A stretch of 26,212 nucleotides of DNA from a virus (Duplodnaviria > Caudoviricetes): the IMG/VR virus record IMGVR_UViG_3300020042_006736, positions 1 through 26,212 of that record. One strand, given 5' to 3'. Positions 1 through 8,114 of this stretch are shown one piece after another. Each line of letters begins with the position of its first letter. The first letter of the stretch is position 1. The position numbers were made by a program, and so were the translations under genes. The notes under the pieces are model-generated. The model was not told the origin of the DNA and ran no database searches. It saw only the letters and a list, made by a program, of their open reading frames with translations.

Positions 1-2
1 AC

Positions 3-650
3 GGCGAACACTGGCGGGACATGCAGATCGACAACCAGAAAGTCGGATTTTGGGTCAGGGTCAGGGCGTGGAAAGTAGGTGACGGAGTATCATCGCGGCT
101 ATTGTGGGAAGGGTTTGTTGACACTTGGCAAACTCTTTTTGACTTACAAGAGCGGTTTTCGCTAGGCAATCGGGATGTTTTTATCGACGGACGATACGGG
201 CCTGATGAGATTGTTAGACAAGTTTACCAGCATTGCGGCAAGGATATAGGCAATCACTGGAACATCCTAATCGGCCACGACAATGACAAGGGCTATCAAT
301 TTGACGTAGGCACAAAGAACAGACCGCGCAAAGTGTGGCGCATTTACTCGAGGTATCAATACTCGCAAACCAGCGACGGCTTGCAATATCGGACGATTGG
401 ATTTTCAAACCTACGCGCCAAGGATGCGCTAGCTGCAGTCATGAACGGCGGGTCGTTTGGAATACCTCAGGATGTTTCTAAAAACTATCAGGAGCAAATG
501 ACAAGCGAGGCCAAGAAAGAAATCAGCCCTGGCCGGTGGCGATGGGAAAAAATCAAAGCGCACAAGCATAACCATTTATGGGACTGCGAAGTGATGGGTA
601 TCGTCGGCGCGTCCGTTAAGGGCATCCTTAAACTGGAAATGGCAGATTAA
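3..650 (+). CDS. Terminase large subunit, lambda GpA-like, C-terminal nuclease part (5'-truncated by window edge)
   Basis: Frame is open from base 3 (GEHWRDM...). Contains VFIDGRY and a C-terminal QMTSE...W...HNHLWDCEV motif resembling GpA-type nuclease domains. Lies upstream of the portal and head genes. Confidence 0.8.
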   Translation, partial: GEHWRDMQIDNQKVGFWVRVRAWKVGDGVSSRLLWEGFVDTWQTLFDLQERFSLGNRDVFIDGRYGPDEIVRQVYQHCGKDIGNHWNILIGHDNDKGYQFDVGTKNRPRKVWRIYSRYQYSQTSDGLQYRTIGFSNLRAKDALAAVMNGGSFGIPQDVSKNYQEQMTSEAKKEISPGRWRWEKIKAHKHNHLWDCEVMGIVGASVKGILKLEMAD

Positions 651-656
651 AAATAC

Positions 657-698
657 ATGAAAAAAAGCATTGACTATTTTCTAAATATCGTGCAAATT
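657..698 (+). promoter_or_regulatory. Putative sigma70-type promoter for the ligase insert
   Basis: A-tract, then TTGACT (670-675), 17 nt, then a weak -10 CAAATT (693-698), 9 nt before ATG 708. Confidence 0.5.
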
Positions 699-707
699 TC
701 CCTTGCG

Positions 708-1394
708 ATGAAACCGATGCTTGCCAAAACATACGAACGCTATCACGAGATTACCGGATGGATGATGTCTGAAAAACTGGACGGCGTGAGAGCAATATGG
801 GACGGCTCAAAGCTCATCAGCCGCAACGGGAATGTATTTCATGCGCCGGAATCGTTTCTTGCCACGCTCCCGGCAGGCGTAGTTCTCGATGGCGAGCTTT
901 GGATGGGACGTGGCATGTTTCAACGGACAGTCGGCGTTGTCCGTTCGCATGACGGCGATTGGACGGGCATTAAATATCTCGTGTTCGACGCTCCCGAAGT
1001 TCCCGGCGATTTTGTCACCCGCTTGGCGTTTGCCGCAACCGTGGCCGAGATCGTGCCGCATGTCGTCTGCACAGGCACTAGGCATTTGAATGAACACCTT
1101 GCTGAGCTTGTGGCGCAAGGCGCCGAAGGCGTGATGTTACGCAATCCGGCAAGCAGCTACGAACACAAGCGTTCTGCCAATCTTCTAAAGTTCAAGACAT
1201 GCAGCACCGCCGAAGCTGTCGTGATCGGCCACAAGGCAAACTCATTGCTAGTGTCGTGGAGTAAGAAAGTCTTTGCTCTTGCTGGCAGTCTTGAAACCGC
1301 AATAGGCGCTAAACTGACATTTTCCTATCAAGGTTTAACCGATGGCGGCATTCCAAGATTTCCGATATTTGTTGCTGTAAGAAATTATGAATAA
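708..1394 (+). CDS. Minimal ATP-dependent DNA ligase
   Basis: Motifs PMLA, SEKLDGVRA (KxDGxR), LDGELW, YLVFD, EGVMLR, LLKFK and terminal PRFP. Start 708 (MKPMLAK) is preferred over 657 because the intervening DNA looks like a promoter. Confidence 0.92.
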   Translation: MKPMLAKTYERYHEITGWMMSEKLDGVRAIWDGSKLISRNGNVFHAPESFLATLPAGVVLDGELWMGRGMFQRTVGVVRSHDGDWTGIKYLVFDAPEVPGDFVTRLAFAATVAEIVPHVVCTGTRHLNEHLAELVAQGAEGVMLRNPASSYEHKRSANLLKFKTCSTAEAVVIGHKANSLLVSWSKKVFALAGSLETAIGAKLTFSYQGLTDGGIPRFPIFVAVRNYE

Positions 1395-1476
1395 CGCTAG
1401 GGATCTGGCACCGCCGCCCTAGATGCCGACTTCAAGAGGGACGTTCCGGCGGTTGCCAGCATCCCATTGTTCTCAC
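1389..1476. mobile_element. attC-like recombination hairpin, site 1
   Basis: AAC(1393)-N6-GAT-CTGGCA-CCGCCG...CGGCGG-[T]-TGCCAG-[C]-ATC-N5-GTT(1469). Two extrahelical bases 6 bp apart. Overlaps the ligase stop codon (TAAC). Confidence 0.75.
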
Positions 1477-1506
1477 TCTTCCGAATCACCAAACAACACC
1501 GAACCA

Positions 1507-1752
1507 ATGGAAACACTCTACCTAATCTATCATCCGCAATACCGCACGAACGGACTCTGGAAGCCCGCCGACCACATCAGCCAAGAAATCGCCTTGCGGC
1601 ATTTCAGCGGTGGCAACGTGGCTATCTCATACAACCGACTGGATGAAATAATCTACGTCGCAGGACTCCACGGCTGGAAAGTCACCACTGAGGGTGATCC
1701 AAAATTTCCCGGTGAGAACAAAACTGCACAGGAACGCGATAGCGTTTCCTGA
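1507..1752 (+). CDS. Hypothetical protein (81 aa) in a cassette-like unit between two attC-like sites
   Basis: ATG 1507 follows an A/C-rich leader (CACCAAACAACACCGAACCA). The stop codon lies inside attC-like site 2. The longer 1423 start runs through hairpin 1 and is unlikely. Confidence 0.65.
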   Translation: METLYLIYHPQYRTNGLWKPADHISQEIALRHFSGGNVAISYNRLDEIIYVAGLHGWKVTTEGDPKFPGENKTAQERDSVS

Positions 1753-1767
1753 TGCGAACTGTTAGAA
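1712..1767. mobile_element. attC-like recombination hairpin, site 2
   Basis: AAC(1717)-N6-GCA-CAGGAA-CGC-gata-GCG-[T]-TTCCTG-[A]-TGC-N5-GTT(1761). Same geometry as site 1 and near-identical to site 3 at 25627. Confidence 0.8.
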
Positions 1768-1768
1768 A

Positions 1769-1797
1769 TTGACAACCTAACGAAACTGGTCTAACAT
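1769..1797 (+). promoter_or_regulatory. Putative head-operon promoter with CTAAC motifs
   Basis: TTGACA(1769)-17 nt-TAACAT(1792-1797), ATG at 1805. CTAAC occurs in the spacer and overlapping the -10 box. Confidence 0.7.
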
Positions 1798-1804
1798 ATT
1801 CGGC

Positions 1805-2083
1805 ATGTCCGTCTATGCACAGGCCCGAAGAACGTATAACTTGCTGTGCAGCAATGAAAAAGCCCTAGCGCAAATCCGCGCAGAGGCTACGTCGCTTGCA
1901 CTTGCCATTGCAACCGATCCAAACGCCGGGATGAAGATCATCCAAGGCAACAGCAACGGAAACAGCTTTGTTGCAGATGGTGGAGGAATGACGCAAAACC
2001 AGCGTCTTGCGTTGCTTAGTCTGATTGTCAAATTTGACGACAACGGAGGCGCATTGCGTTCAACAAACACAACCGTTTTTTAA
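1805..2083 (+). CDS. Small head protein, possibly a head-tail adapter (lambda gpW position)
   Basis: 92 aa between terminase and portal. Assignment is by gene order and size only. Confidence 0.5.
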   Translation: MSVYAQARRTYNLLCSNEKALAQIRAEATSLALAIATDPNAGMKIIQGNSNGNSFVADGGGMTQNQRLALLSLIVKFDDNGGALRSTNTTVF

Positions 2084-2086
2084 CTT

Positions 2087-3613
2087 ATGGCAATCCTAAA
2101 CGAGTTCGGGCAACCATTCACGCCACAGCGATACATGCACGCTGCGGAATACAACCGCACACGTGGGGTCGTTTATCCGATCAAAACGGACGATTTCGAC
2201 AAGCTCGTTAGTCCATTGGATAACAAACGCCTGCGGAGCTTGTCGTCGCGGCTATACAGCAATGTTGGCGTAATCAAGGGAGCGGTCGATCAAAAGGCGG
2301 ATTACAGCGTCGGCGATGCTTTTCTTCCGGCATACGTCGGCGAATCGGACTTTGCAGACGGCAAGTCGATTGCCACATTCATGCGTAAAGCGTGGTTTCC
2401 AAACTGCACAGAACGCGGAGGCGTATTTGATTGGCATAAACTGCTGGAACTTTCCAGTATTGCGCTAGACCGCGACGGGGATATTTTTTGGGTAAAAGTA
2501 AAATCCGCTGATGGATTCCCTAAATTGCAGATTGTCCCAGCTCATCGTGTTGGGAATTGCGGCGACTACAAGACAGTAAGCGAAGGCAAATACAAGGGCT
2601 ACAAGATCAACGATGGGGTGATTCAGTTCTACAACGGCAAACCAGCGGCGTATCGAATCCTGACTGGCGAAAACATGGATACGTTTTACGACGTTGACGC
2701 GGCCAATGTCATCCACATTTACGATCCTGATTTTTGTGACCAGTCACGCGGGGTTCCTGCATTTTCCCATGCTTTGCTAGACATCACCGCCACGCTTGCC
2801 AGCACCGAAGATGAACGCATCCGGCAGCAGATTGTATCACGCTTACACCTTACCGTTTTTAACGACACCGGAGGGCCGGACTTGGACGATCCGTCTGTCA
2901 TGTATGGCAATCAAAACGGCGCGCAAAACGGAAACGGCGTGGATGGTGGGTTTGTTTTGAACAATCCGGCTCCTGGCATCGTTTACATGCAATCCGGCAC
3001 CGGGGACAAGATCGAGCAATTGAAGCACGACACGCCAGGGGAGATTTGGGAATCGTTTCAAGACCGGATGATCCGCATGAGCTTGATCCCCGTCTGGTCG
3101 TATCAAATCTGGAAAGGATCGGGACAAGGAACGGATGCACGGGCGGAGATTGTCAAATGCCGTCGCTTTATTTCCCAGCGTCAAAGACTGCTGAAACGTG
3201 CCGCGCTAAACGCATTTTCTTGGGCATATTCATGCTTCCAAGCTGTCGGGCGTGTTCCGTTGCTGGATCACCCGTTCGCATGGGCATTTTCAACGCCTGC
3301 ACGTTTGTCTGTTGATGACGGACGGGAAAGCGGCATGGAAGTCGAAGAATGGCGCGTCGGACTACGCAACACGGCAGACATTACCGAAGCACGTTACGGC
3401 ATGACCGAGGAAGAATTTTACACCCGCCGCGCTCACAGCGTAGCAATGCGTAAAGTGATTGCTGCACAAGTAGCAGAGGAAGTATCGAAGCAATCCGGAT
3501 ACGAAGTCGAAATCGAAGATCGTGAAATGGCAATGCTTACGCCAAACGAAGTGAAGGAAAGCAAACAAGAGGAAACTCAAACCAACAACACCAATGAAAT
3601 TCCTGACGATTGA
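2087..3613 (+). CDS. Portal protein, lambda family
   Basis: 508 aa with LRSLSSRLYSN, DRDGDIF, DGVIQF..GKPAAYRI and VIHIYDP...QSRGVP motifs typical of lambda-type portals. Confidence 0.88.
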   Translation: MAILNEFGQPFTPQRYMHAAEYNRTRGVVYPIKTDDFDKLVSPLDNKRLRSLSSRLYSNVGVIKGAVDQKADYSVGDAFLPAYVGESDFADGKSIATFMRKAWFPNCTERGGVFDWHKLLELSSIALDRDGDIFWVKVKSADGFPKLQIVPAHRVGNCGDYKTVSEGKYKGYKINDGVIQFYNGKPAAYRILTGENMDTFYDVDAANVIHIYDPDFCDQSRGVPAFSHALLDITATLASTEDERIRQQIVSRLHLTVFNDTGGPDLDDPSVMYGNQNGAQNGNGVDGGFVLNNPAPGIVYMQSGTGDKIEQLKHDTPGEIWESFQDRMIRMSLIPVWSYQIWKGSGQGTDARAEIVKCRRFISQRQRLLKRAALNAFSWAYSCFQAVGRVPLLDHPFAWAFSTPARLSVDDGRESGMEVEEWRVGLRNTADITEARYGMTEEEFYTRRAHSVAMRKVIAAQVAEEVSKQSGYEVEIEDREMAMLTPNEVKESKQEETQTNNTNEIPDD

Positions 3614-4631
3614 AAACAAAGCAGCATCGCTAAAGCTGGATGAGCAGATTGACGAATGGTCGCGGCGCGATTTGATGCGTGAAATCGACTCTGCATTTAA
3701 CATCGTTGACGCGGAAGGACGTTTTACGAATAGCATGGAAACCGCAGTTGATACGCTGAACATTGACATCCACTCCCCCGGCGGTAGCGTGTTCGACGGC
3801 TACTTGATTCACTCCAAGATAATGCAGCTCCGCGCAAAAGGCGTTTACGTCACCGCAACAGTTAGCCTTGCCGCGTCAATGGCAAGCGTCATTTGCATGG
3901 CGTGTAACGAGGTTATCATGCTGCCAACTGGTCGCATGATGATCCACGATGTTTCAATGGGACTGCACGGTAACGCCAAGGAGCTAACGAAAGCGGCTGC
4001 AATGTGCGAAGAACTAAGCACGGAAATTGCAGGAATCTATGCATCGCGCACGGGTAAAACAATTGACGAAGTGCGCTCGATGATGATGGAAGAAACATGG
4101 CTGAACGCTGATAAATGCGTTTCGTTAGGGTTTGCAAACAGGATTCTTGACAATCTAACGAATTCTGTTAGAGTTTCGTCCATGAGCTTGCTTGACCGCC
4201 TCACGAATCCATCCGCGCAAGAGTCGATTGATAAAATCGCCGCACTTGAAAACGTAATCGCCACTCACGAAAATGAGCTTGGCGCGTATCAAGTTGAATT
4301 GCTTGAAGCGCGGAATGCAATCACTGAACTTGCTACCGTCAAACAGGATTTAACTACTGCTCAAAACTCGCTTGCTACTTCGCTTGACGCTGTGAACTTC
4401 GCAAATAGCGAAATTGAAACGCTGCAAGCCAAGGTGACAGAACTTGAAACGTCCGTTCCCGCTCAGGCCGTGGCACTTGCCGCAACCGCTGGCATCACCG
4501 CACCGCTCGACATCGAAAACGGCTCACAGCCATTCGATCACCTTGAACACATGAAAAACCTTTCTCCTGCTGAACGCACAGCGTATTTTAACAAGCACAA
4601 AAAGGAGATCAAAGCTCAACGCAACAAATAA
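3594..4631 (+). CDS. ClpP-like prohead protease with C-terminal scaffold region
   Basis: IHSPGGSVFDG, LAASMASVI, MMIHD and ETWLNA..C..LGFA motifs, followed by a coiled-coil C-terminal half. Confidence 0.92.
   Translation: MKFLTIENKAASLKLDEQIDEWSRRDLMREIDSAFNIVDAEGRFTNSMETAVDTLNIDIHSPGGSVFDGYLIHSKIMQLRAKGVYVTATVSLAASMASVICMACNEVIMLPTGRMMIHDVSMGLHGNAKELTKAAAMCEELSTEIAGIYASRTGKTIDEVRSMMMEETWLNADKCVSLGFANRILDNLTNSVRVSSMSLLDRLTNPSAQESIDKIAALENVIATHENELGAYQVELLEARNAITELATVKQDLTTAQNSLATSLDAVNFANSEIETLQAKVTELETSVPAQAVALAATAGITAPLDIENGSQPFDHLEHMKNLSPAERTAYFNKHKKEIKAQRNK
4147..4174 (+). promoter_or_regulatory. Internal promoter within the protease gene, for scaffold and capsid
   Basis: TTGACA(4147)-16 nt-TAGAGT(4169) with an extended TG. 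Contains the palindrome TCTAAC-N7-GTTAGA. In-frame ATG at 4182. Confidence 0.7.
4182..4631 (+). CDS. Nested in-frame scaffolding protein (lambda Nu3-like arrangement)
   Basis: ATG 4182 is in frame with 3594, just after the protease domain and 7 nt after a -10 box. The product is a coiled coil with a C-terminal helix (LSPAERTAYFNKHK). Confidence 0.62.
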   Translation: MSLLDRLTNPSAQESIDKIAALENVIATHENELGAYQVELLEARNAITELATVKQDLTTAQNSLATSLDAVNFANSEIETLQAKVTELETSVPAQAVALAATAGITAPLDIENGSQPFDHLEHMKNLSPAERTAYFNKHKKEIKAQRNK

Positions 4632-4659
4632 CTTTTCAACAATCAACTAACTAATCATC

Positions 4660-5556
4660 ATGGCTACTGTATTCAATGACACCATTTTCGCACAAACCGC
4701 TTTCCAGCAACTTTGCGAAATCCTCACACCTATCCGCGCATTCTCGACCGACATTAGCTCGGACGTAAACACGCAAGGTTCCGCCGTTGTTGTGCCACTT
4801 TTCGGCAACGCGACGACCACCACTTTCACACAGTCATCGACTGTCATGGAGCAAACTGGCGGCTTGCTTTCCGCTATCACCGTCACCCTTGACAAGCGCA
4901 AAATCACTCCGATCAGCTTGACCCATCAACAACTTGCCGAATCCAGCAATGCAGGACGGTGGGACAAATGGGCGTATCAACTTGGCAAGTCGATGGGCGC
5001 AACCGTCCTGGCTGACATCTGGAGCTTGCTGACAACTTCCAATTTCGGCAGCGCAATCATCACAACTTCATCGGCAAGCTACACCAAGACGCAGTTGATC
5101 GAAGCTCGCAAGGCTTTGAAACAAGCTGGCGCACGTGGTGAATACTCGTTCGTTGGCAACATGGTTATCGAAGGCGCATTGCTCGGTGATACCAACCTTG
5201 TCAACTACTTCAATCGCGGCGACACTTCCGCAATCAAAGAGGGTGACCTTGGCAGACTGTTCGGAATGAACGTCTACGCATCCGACATCATTCCCGGCAA
5301 CTCCGCTTCGATTGTTGGGTTTGCCTGCGGTCAAGACGGTATCGCATTTGCTTCACGCGCACTTGGTCAATATTTGCCCAACGCTGATTTTGAAGCAATT
5401 GAGGAAATGACCGATCCAGAAAGCGGATTGACTGCTCTTTACACTCGTCACTATTCCCGCGCATCCGGCACATACTTTGCAAATATGCACATGCTTTACG
5501 GCTATTCCGTCGCCGTCACAAACGCTCTTAAAGTGTTCACGACTCCGACGACCTGA
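4660..5556 (+). CDS. Major capsid protein
   Basis: 298 aa immediately after protease/scaffold. GxLGRLFGMNVY segment and terminal LYGYSV strand resemble HK97-fold capsids. Followed by a stable hairpin. Confidence 0.85.
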   Translation: MATVFNDTIFAQTAFQQLCEILTPIRAFSTDISSDVNTQGSAVVVPLFGNATTTTFTQSSTVMEQTGGLLSAITVTLDKRKITPISLTHQQLAESSNAGRWDKWAYQLGKSMGATVLADIWSLLTTSNFGSAIITTSSASYTKTQLIEARKALKQAGARGEYSFVGNMVIEGALLGDTNLVNYFNRGDTSAIKEGDLGRLFGMNVYASDIIPGNSASIVGFACGQDGIAFASRALGQYLPNADFEAIEEMTDPESGLTALYTRHYSRASGTYFANMHMLYGYSVAVTNALKVFTTPTT

Positions 5557-5584
5557 TTTCTTGTTTGTGTTGTATTCATAGCAT

Positions 5585-5620
5585 CGGGGGCCGTTAGAAA
5601 TAGCGGCTCCCGTAATCTTT
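5585..5620 (+). terminator. Hairpin after the capsid gene (probable leaky terminator or mRNA stabiliser)
   Basis: CGGGGGCCGTTA-GAAA-TAGCGGCTCCCG, 12 bp with two G-U pairs and a GNRA loop, followed by a weak T-tract (TAATCTTT). Confidence 0.65.
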
Positions 5621-5633
5621 AGAAAATCGAAAA

Positions 5634-7919
5634 ATGAAAAATGAAAAACTAAGTTTGTGCGTTATCGTGGGCAATGTGGAGAACTACATTGCCCGTTTCA
5701 TTGAATCATTCAAGCCACTGGCTGATGAGATTGTGATTGTTCGGGCTATTGGAAAACAAGAGCCTGACAGGACGGTGAAGATTGCGCAATCGCTAGGATG
5801 CGTCATTGCGGAAGAATATCAAAACTCTGATAGGGAGATTTACATTGATTTTGACCCAGCGGTTCACGATCCAAAATACTTTTCACCCGATCCTAGCGGC
5901 AAACGATACAAAACAATTGATCCTTGGCAATGGCCGCACGTTGACGACTTCGCAGCGGCACGGCAGCAAGCATTCAACGCGGCATCGCATGACTTGATTA
6001 TGTGGGCCGATACCGACGATGTTATTGATCCTGAGTCAATCAAGCGCATTCGTGAAACGATTGATTTACTACCAGAGGATTTTGACGGCATACAATTTGC
6101 TTACCATGTCCCGGAAGATCAATTGACTGTCAACCGTGAAAGGATCATCCGCAAAGGTCGCGCAGTATGGGTATCGCCAATCCATGAGTATTTGCAATTC
6201 GACAAGGAACCAAAACTGGCAACCGTCAACGGCGCGGTAATTTTGCACAGACCAGAAGGAACTAGGGAGCGCAACGACGAACGGAATCTCCGCATTCTTG
6301 AAAGCATTGAACACCCCACGGTATCGCAGAGATTCCACATGTTTCAATCGCTTCGGGCGGTTGGCCGAATCCACGAAGCGGCAACCGTCGTTTGTGAACT
6401 GCTAAAAAGCAATGACGAGAACATCGGCACGGCAGAGAAATACGAGCTTTTCATTGCCGCCGGACAAATGGCCGACAACGTGGATATTCGTTTGCAAATG
6501 AACCTACAAGCGTTGTCCGTCGATCCATCGCGCAAGGAGGCATACGGCGAGCTTTGCTTGTGCTATATCGGCCTCGGACGCGACAAGGAGGCACTAGCCA
6601 TCACAACGGCAATGATGGCGCAGGACGGCGGTTCTAGCGCGTGGAACGTCCGCAGGAAATACGCCGGATATCTTGGCCATCAACTGCACGGCATGGCATT
6701 ACGAGCTAACGGATTTCACGACCAGGCTGACGCGGTGGAAACTAACCATTTTATCCGCAGCGGGGCGAAAATCTCACTTATTCATGCCACACGGGGACGA
6801 TGCAGGCAAGCAGTTGAAGCGCGGCGTTTGTGGTTTAACAAAGCCAAGAATCCAGACGCAATTGAGCATATTTTCGGACTGGATATTGACGATCAACACG
6901 CGTCATTTTTATCAGTTCACAATCACGTTGTCACAAATGGGAAAGGAGGATGCGTAGCAGCATGGAACCTAGCGGCCATGAAATCACAAGGAGAAGTTTT
7001 AGTGCAACTTTCCGACGATTGGAATCCGCCTATGCATTGGGATGAAATCATTCTGAACGCTATCGGCGACACAAGCAAACCAGCAGTCCTAGCAATCAGC
7101 GATGGACACCGCACTGACGATTTGCTTTGCATGGCGATTCTCACACGCAAAAGATATCAGGATCAAGGTTACATGTTTTACCCTGAGTTTTTCAGCGTGT
7201 TTTCCGACAACTACTTTACGCACATGGCATATAAAGACGGCGTTGTTGTACAAGCTAGGGATATTGTTTTTGAACACTTGCATCCGGCATTTGGCAAAGC
7301 TGAAATGGACGCAACTTATGCCAGGTCAAACGACTCAAAACACTACAAAGACGGGGAAAGAATTTACCGATTGTTGCTAGAAGGCGTTTCCGATACCGGA
7401 GTATTTTGCTCTGAACTACACGAAGGACAGTTCGATTCTCCGCACCTTGCCGAATGGTTGAAAAACAACTTGGACAAAACCATTCCAATTTACGATCTCG
7501 GATGTGGGAATGGCTTTATCGTCAATGAATTAAACAAAGAAGGTTTTTGGGCTACTGGATTTGAAGGTGATCCAGTTGACAAATCACACATTAAGCACGA
7601 TCTAACAACGCCGCTCAACGTAGAACCAGCGCAAGTCGTTTGTATCGAGGTTGGCGAGCATGTGCCAGCACAACATGAATCTACTTTGATTGATAACCTC
7701 GCAAAAGCAACGGCTAAAGGGTCATTGTGCGTTATTTCGTGGGCGGTTCCCGGGCAACCTGGCAGGGGACATGTAAACTGTTTGCCTCCGTCTGAAGTTA
7801 TCGCAAAAATGACAAACGCGGGATTCAATTATGAAAAAGACTTGACGCAAGATGCTAAAAAATCCGTTAGCGATTTGCCGTGGCTTCCAAACACTTTGCT
7901 AGTTTTCCGTAAAGAATAA
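5634..7919 (+). CDS. Multidomain protein: GT2 glycosyltransferase, TPR, second GT-A domain, SAM methyltransferase
   Basis: LSLCVIV.N.E, DDFAAARQ, WADTDD and IHEY (GT2). TPR-like helices (QALSVDPSRKEAYGEL). ISLIHATRGR...QLSDD...FSDN (second GT-A). YDLGCGNG...IEVGEHV...GHVN (class I methyltransferase). Confidence 0.85.
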   Translation: MKNEKLSLCVIVGNVENYIARFIESFKPLADEIVIVRAIGKQEPDRTVKIAQSLGCVIAEEYQNSDREIYIDFDPAVHDPKYFSPDPSGKRYKTIDPWQWPHVDDFAAARQQAFNAASHDLIMWADTDDVIDPESIKRIRETIDLLPEDFDGIQFAYHVPEDQLTVNRERIIRKGRAVWVSPIHEYLQFDKEPKLATVNGAVILHRPEGTRERNDERNLRILESIEHPTVSQRFHMFQSLRAVGRIHEAATVVCELLKSNDENIGTAEKYELFIAAGQMADNVDIRLQMNLQALSVDPSRKEAYGELCLCYIGLGRDKEALAITTAMMAQDGGSSAWNVRRKYAGYLGHQLHGMALRANGFHDQADAVETNHFIRSGAKISLIHATRGRCRQAVEARRLWFNKAKNPDAIEHIFGLDIDDQHASFLSVHNHVVTNGKGGCVAAWNLAAMKSQGEVLVQLSDDWNPPMHWDEIILNAIGDTSKPAVLAISDGHRTDDLLCMAILTRKRYQDQGYMFYPEFFSVFSDNYFTHMAYKDGVVVQARDIVFEHLHPAFGKAEMDATYARSNDSKHYKDGERIYRLLLEGVSDTGVFCSELHEGQFDSPHLAEWLKNNLDKTIPIYDLGCGNGFIVNELNKEGFWATGFEGDPVDKSHIKHDLTTPLNVEPAQVVCIEVGEHVPAQHESTLIDNLAKATAKGSLCVISWAVPGQPGRGHVNCLPPSEVIAKMTNAGFNYEKDLTQDAKKSVSDLPWLPNTLLVFRKE

Positions 7920-7937
7920 CAACTACTGGAAACGGAA

Positions 7938-8114
7938 ATGAGCGCAGGAAAAGGAGACACACCGCGACCAGTTGATCACGCAAAATACAGAAACAACTAC
8001 GACCTAATCTTTAGAAAAAATGAACATGAAACTAAGCATTCTAACTCCGACGATTCCAAGCAGAAACAAGCAACTCGCGAAGCTGTCAGAAAAGATAGCA
8101 AAGCAGATCGGTGA
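7938..8114 (+). CDS. Small phage protein with GKG-x-x-PRP motif (58 aa; absent from the ORF track)
   Basis: Hand-translated as MSAGKGDTPRPVDHAKYRNNYDLIFRK... It fills the gap between the two GT genes and its tail overlaps the next gene. Confidence 0.55.
   Translation: MSAGKGDTPRPVDHAKYRNNYDLIFRKNEHETKHSNSDDSKQKQATREAVRKDSKADR

Noticed and set aside
1389-1767. Reading the hairpins at 1393, 1717 and 25627 as intrinsic terminators or CRISPR repeats
   Set aside because: They have no U-tracts and no regular repeat-spacer array. Fixed AAC/GTT ends and bulge spacing fit recombination sites better.
7842-7872. TTGACG with a downstream GTTAG, a possible further motif-bearing promoter
   Set aside because: No acceptable -10 box at 16-18 nt spacing.
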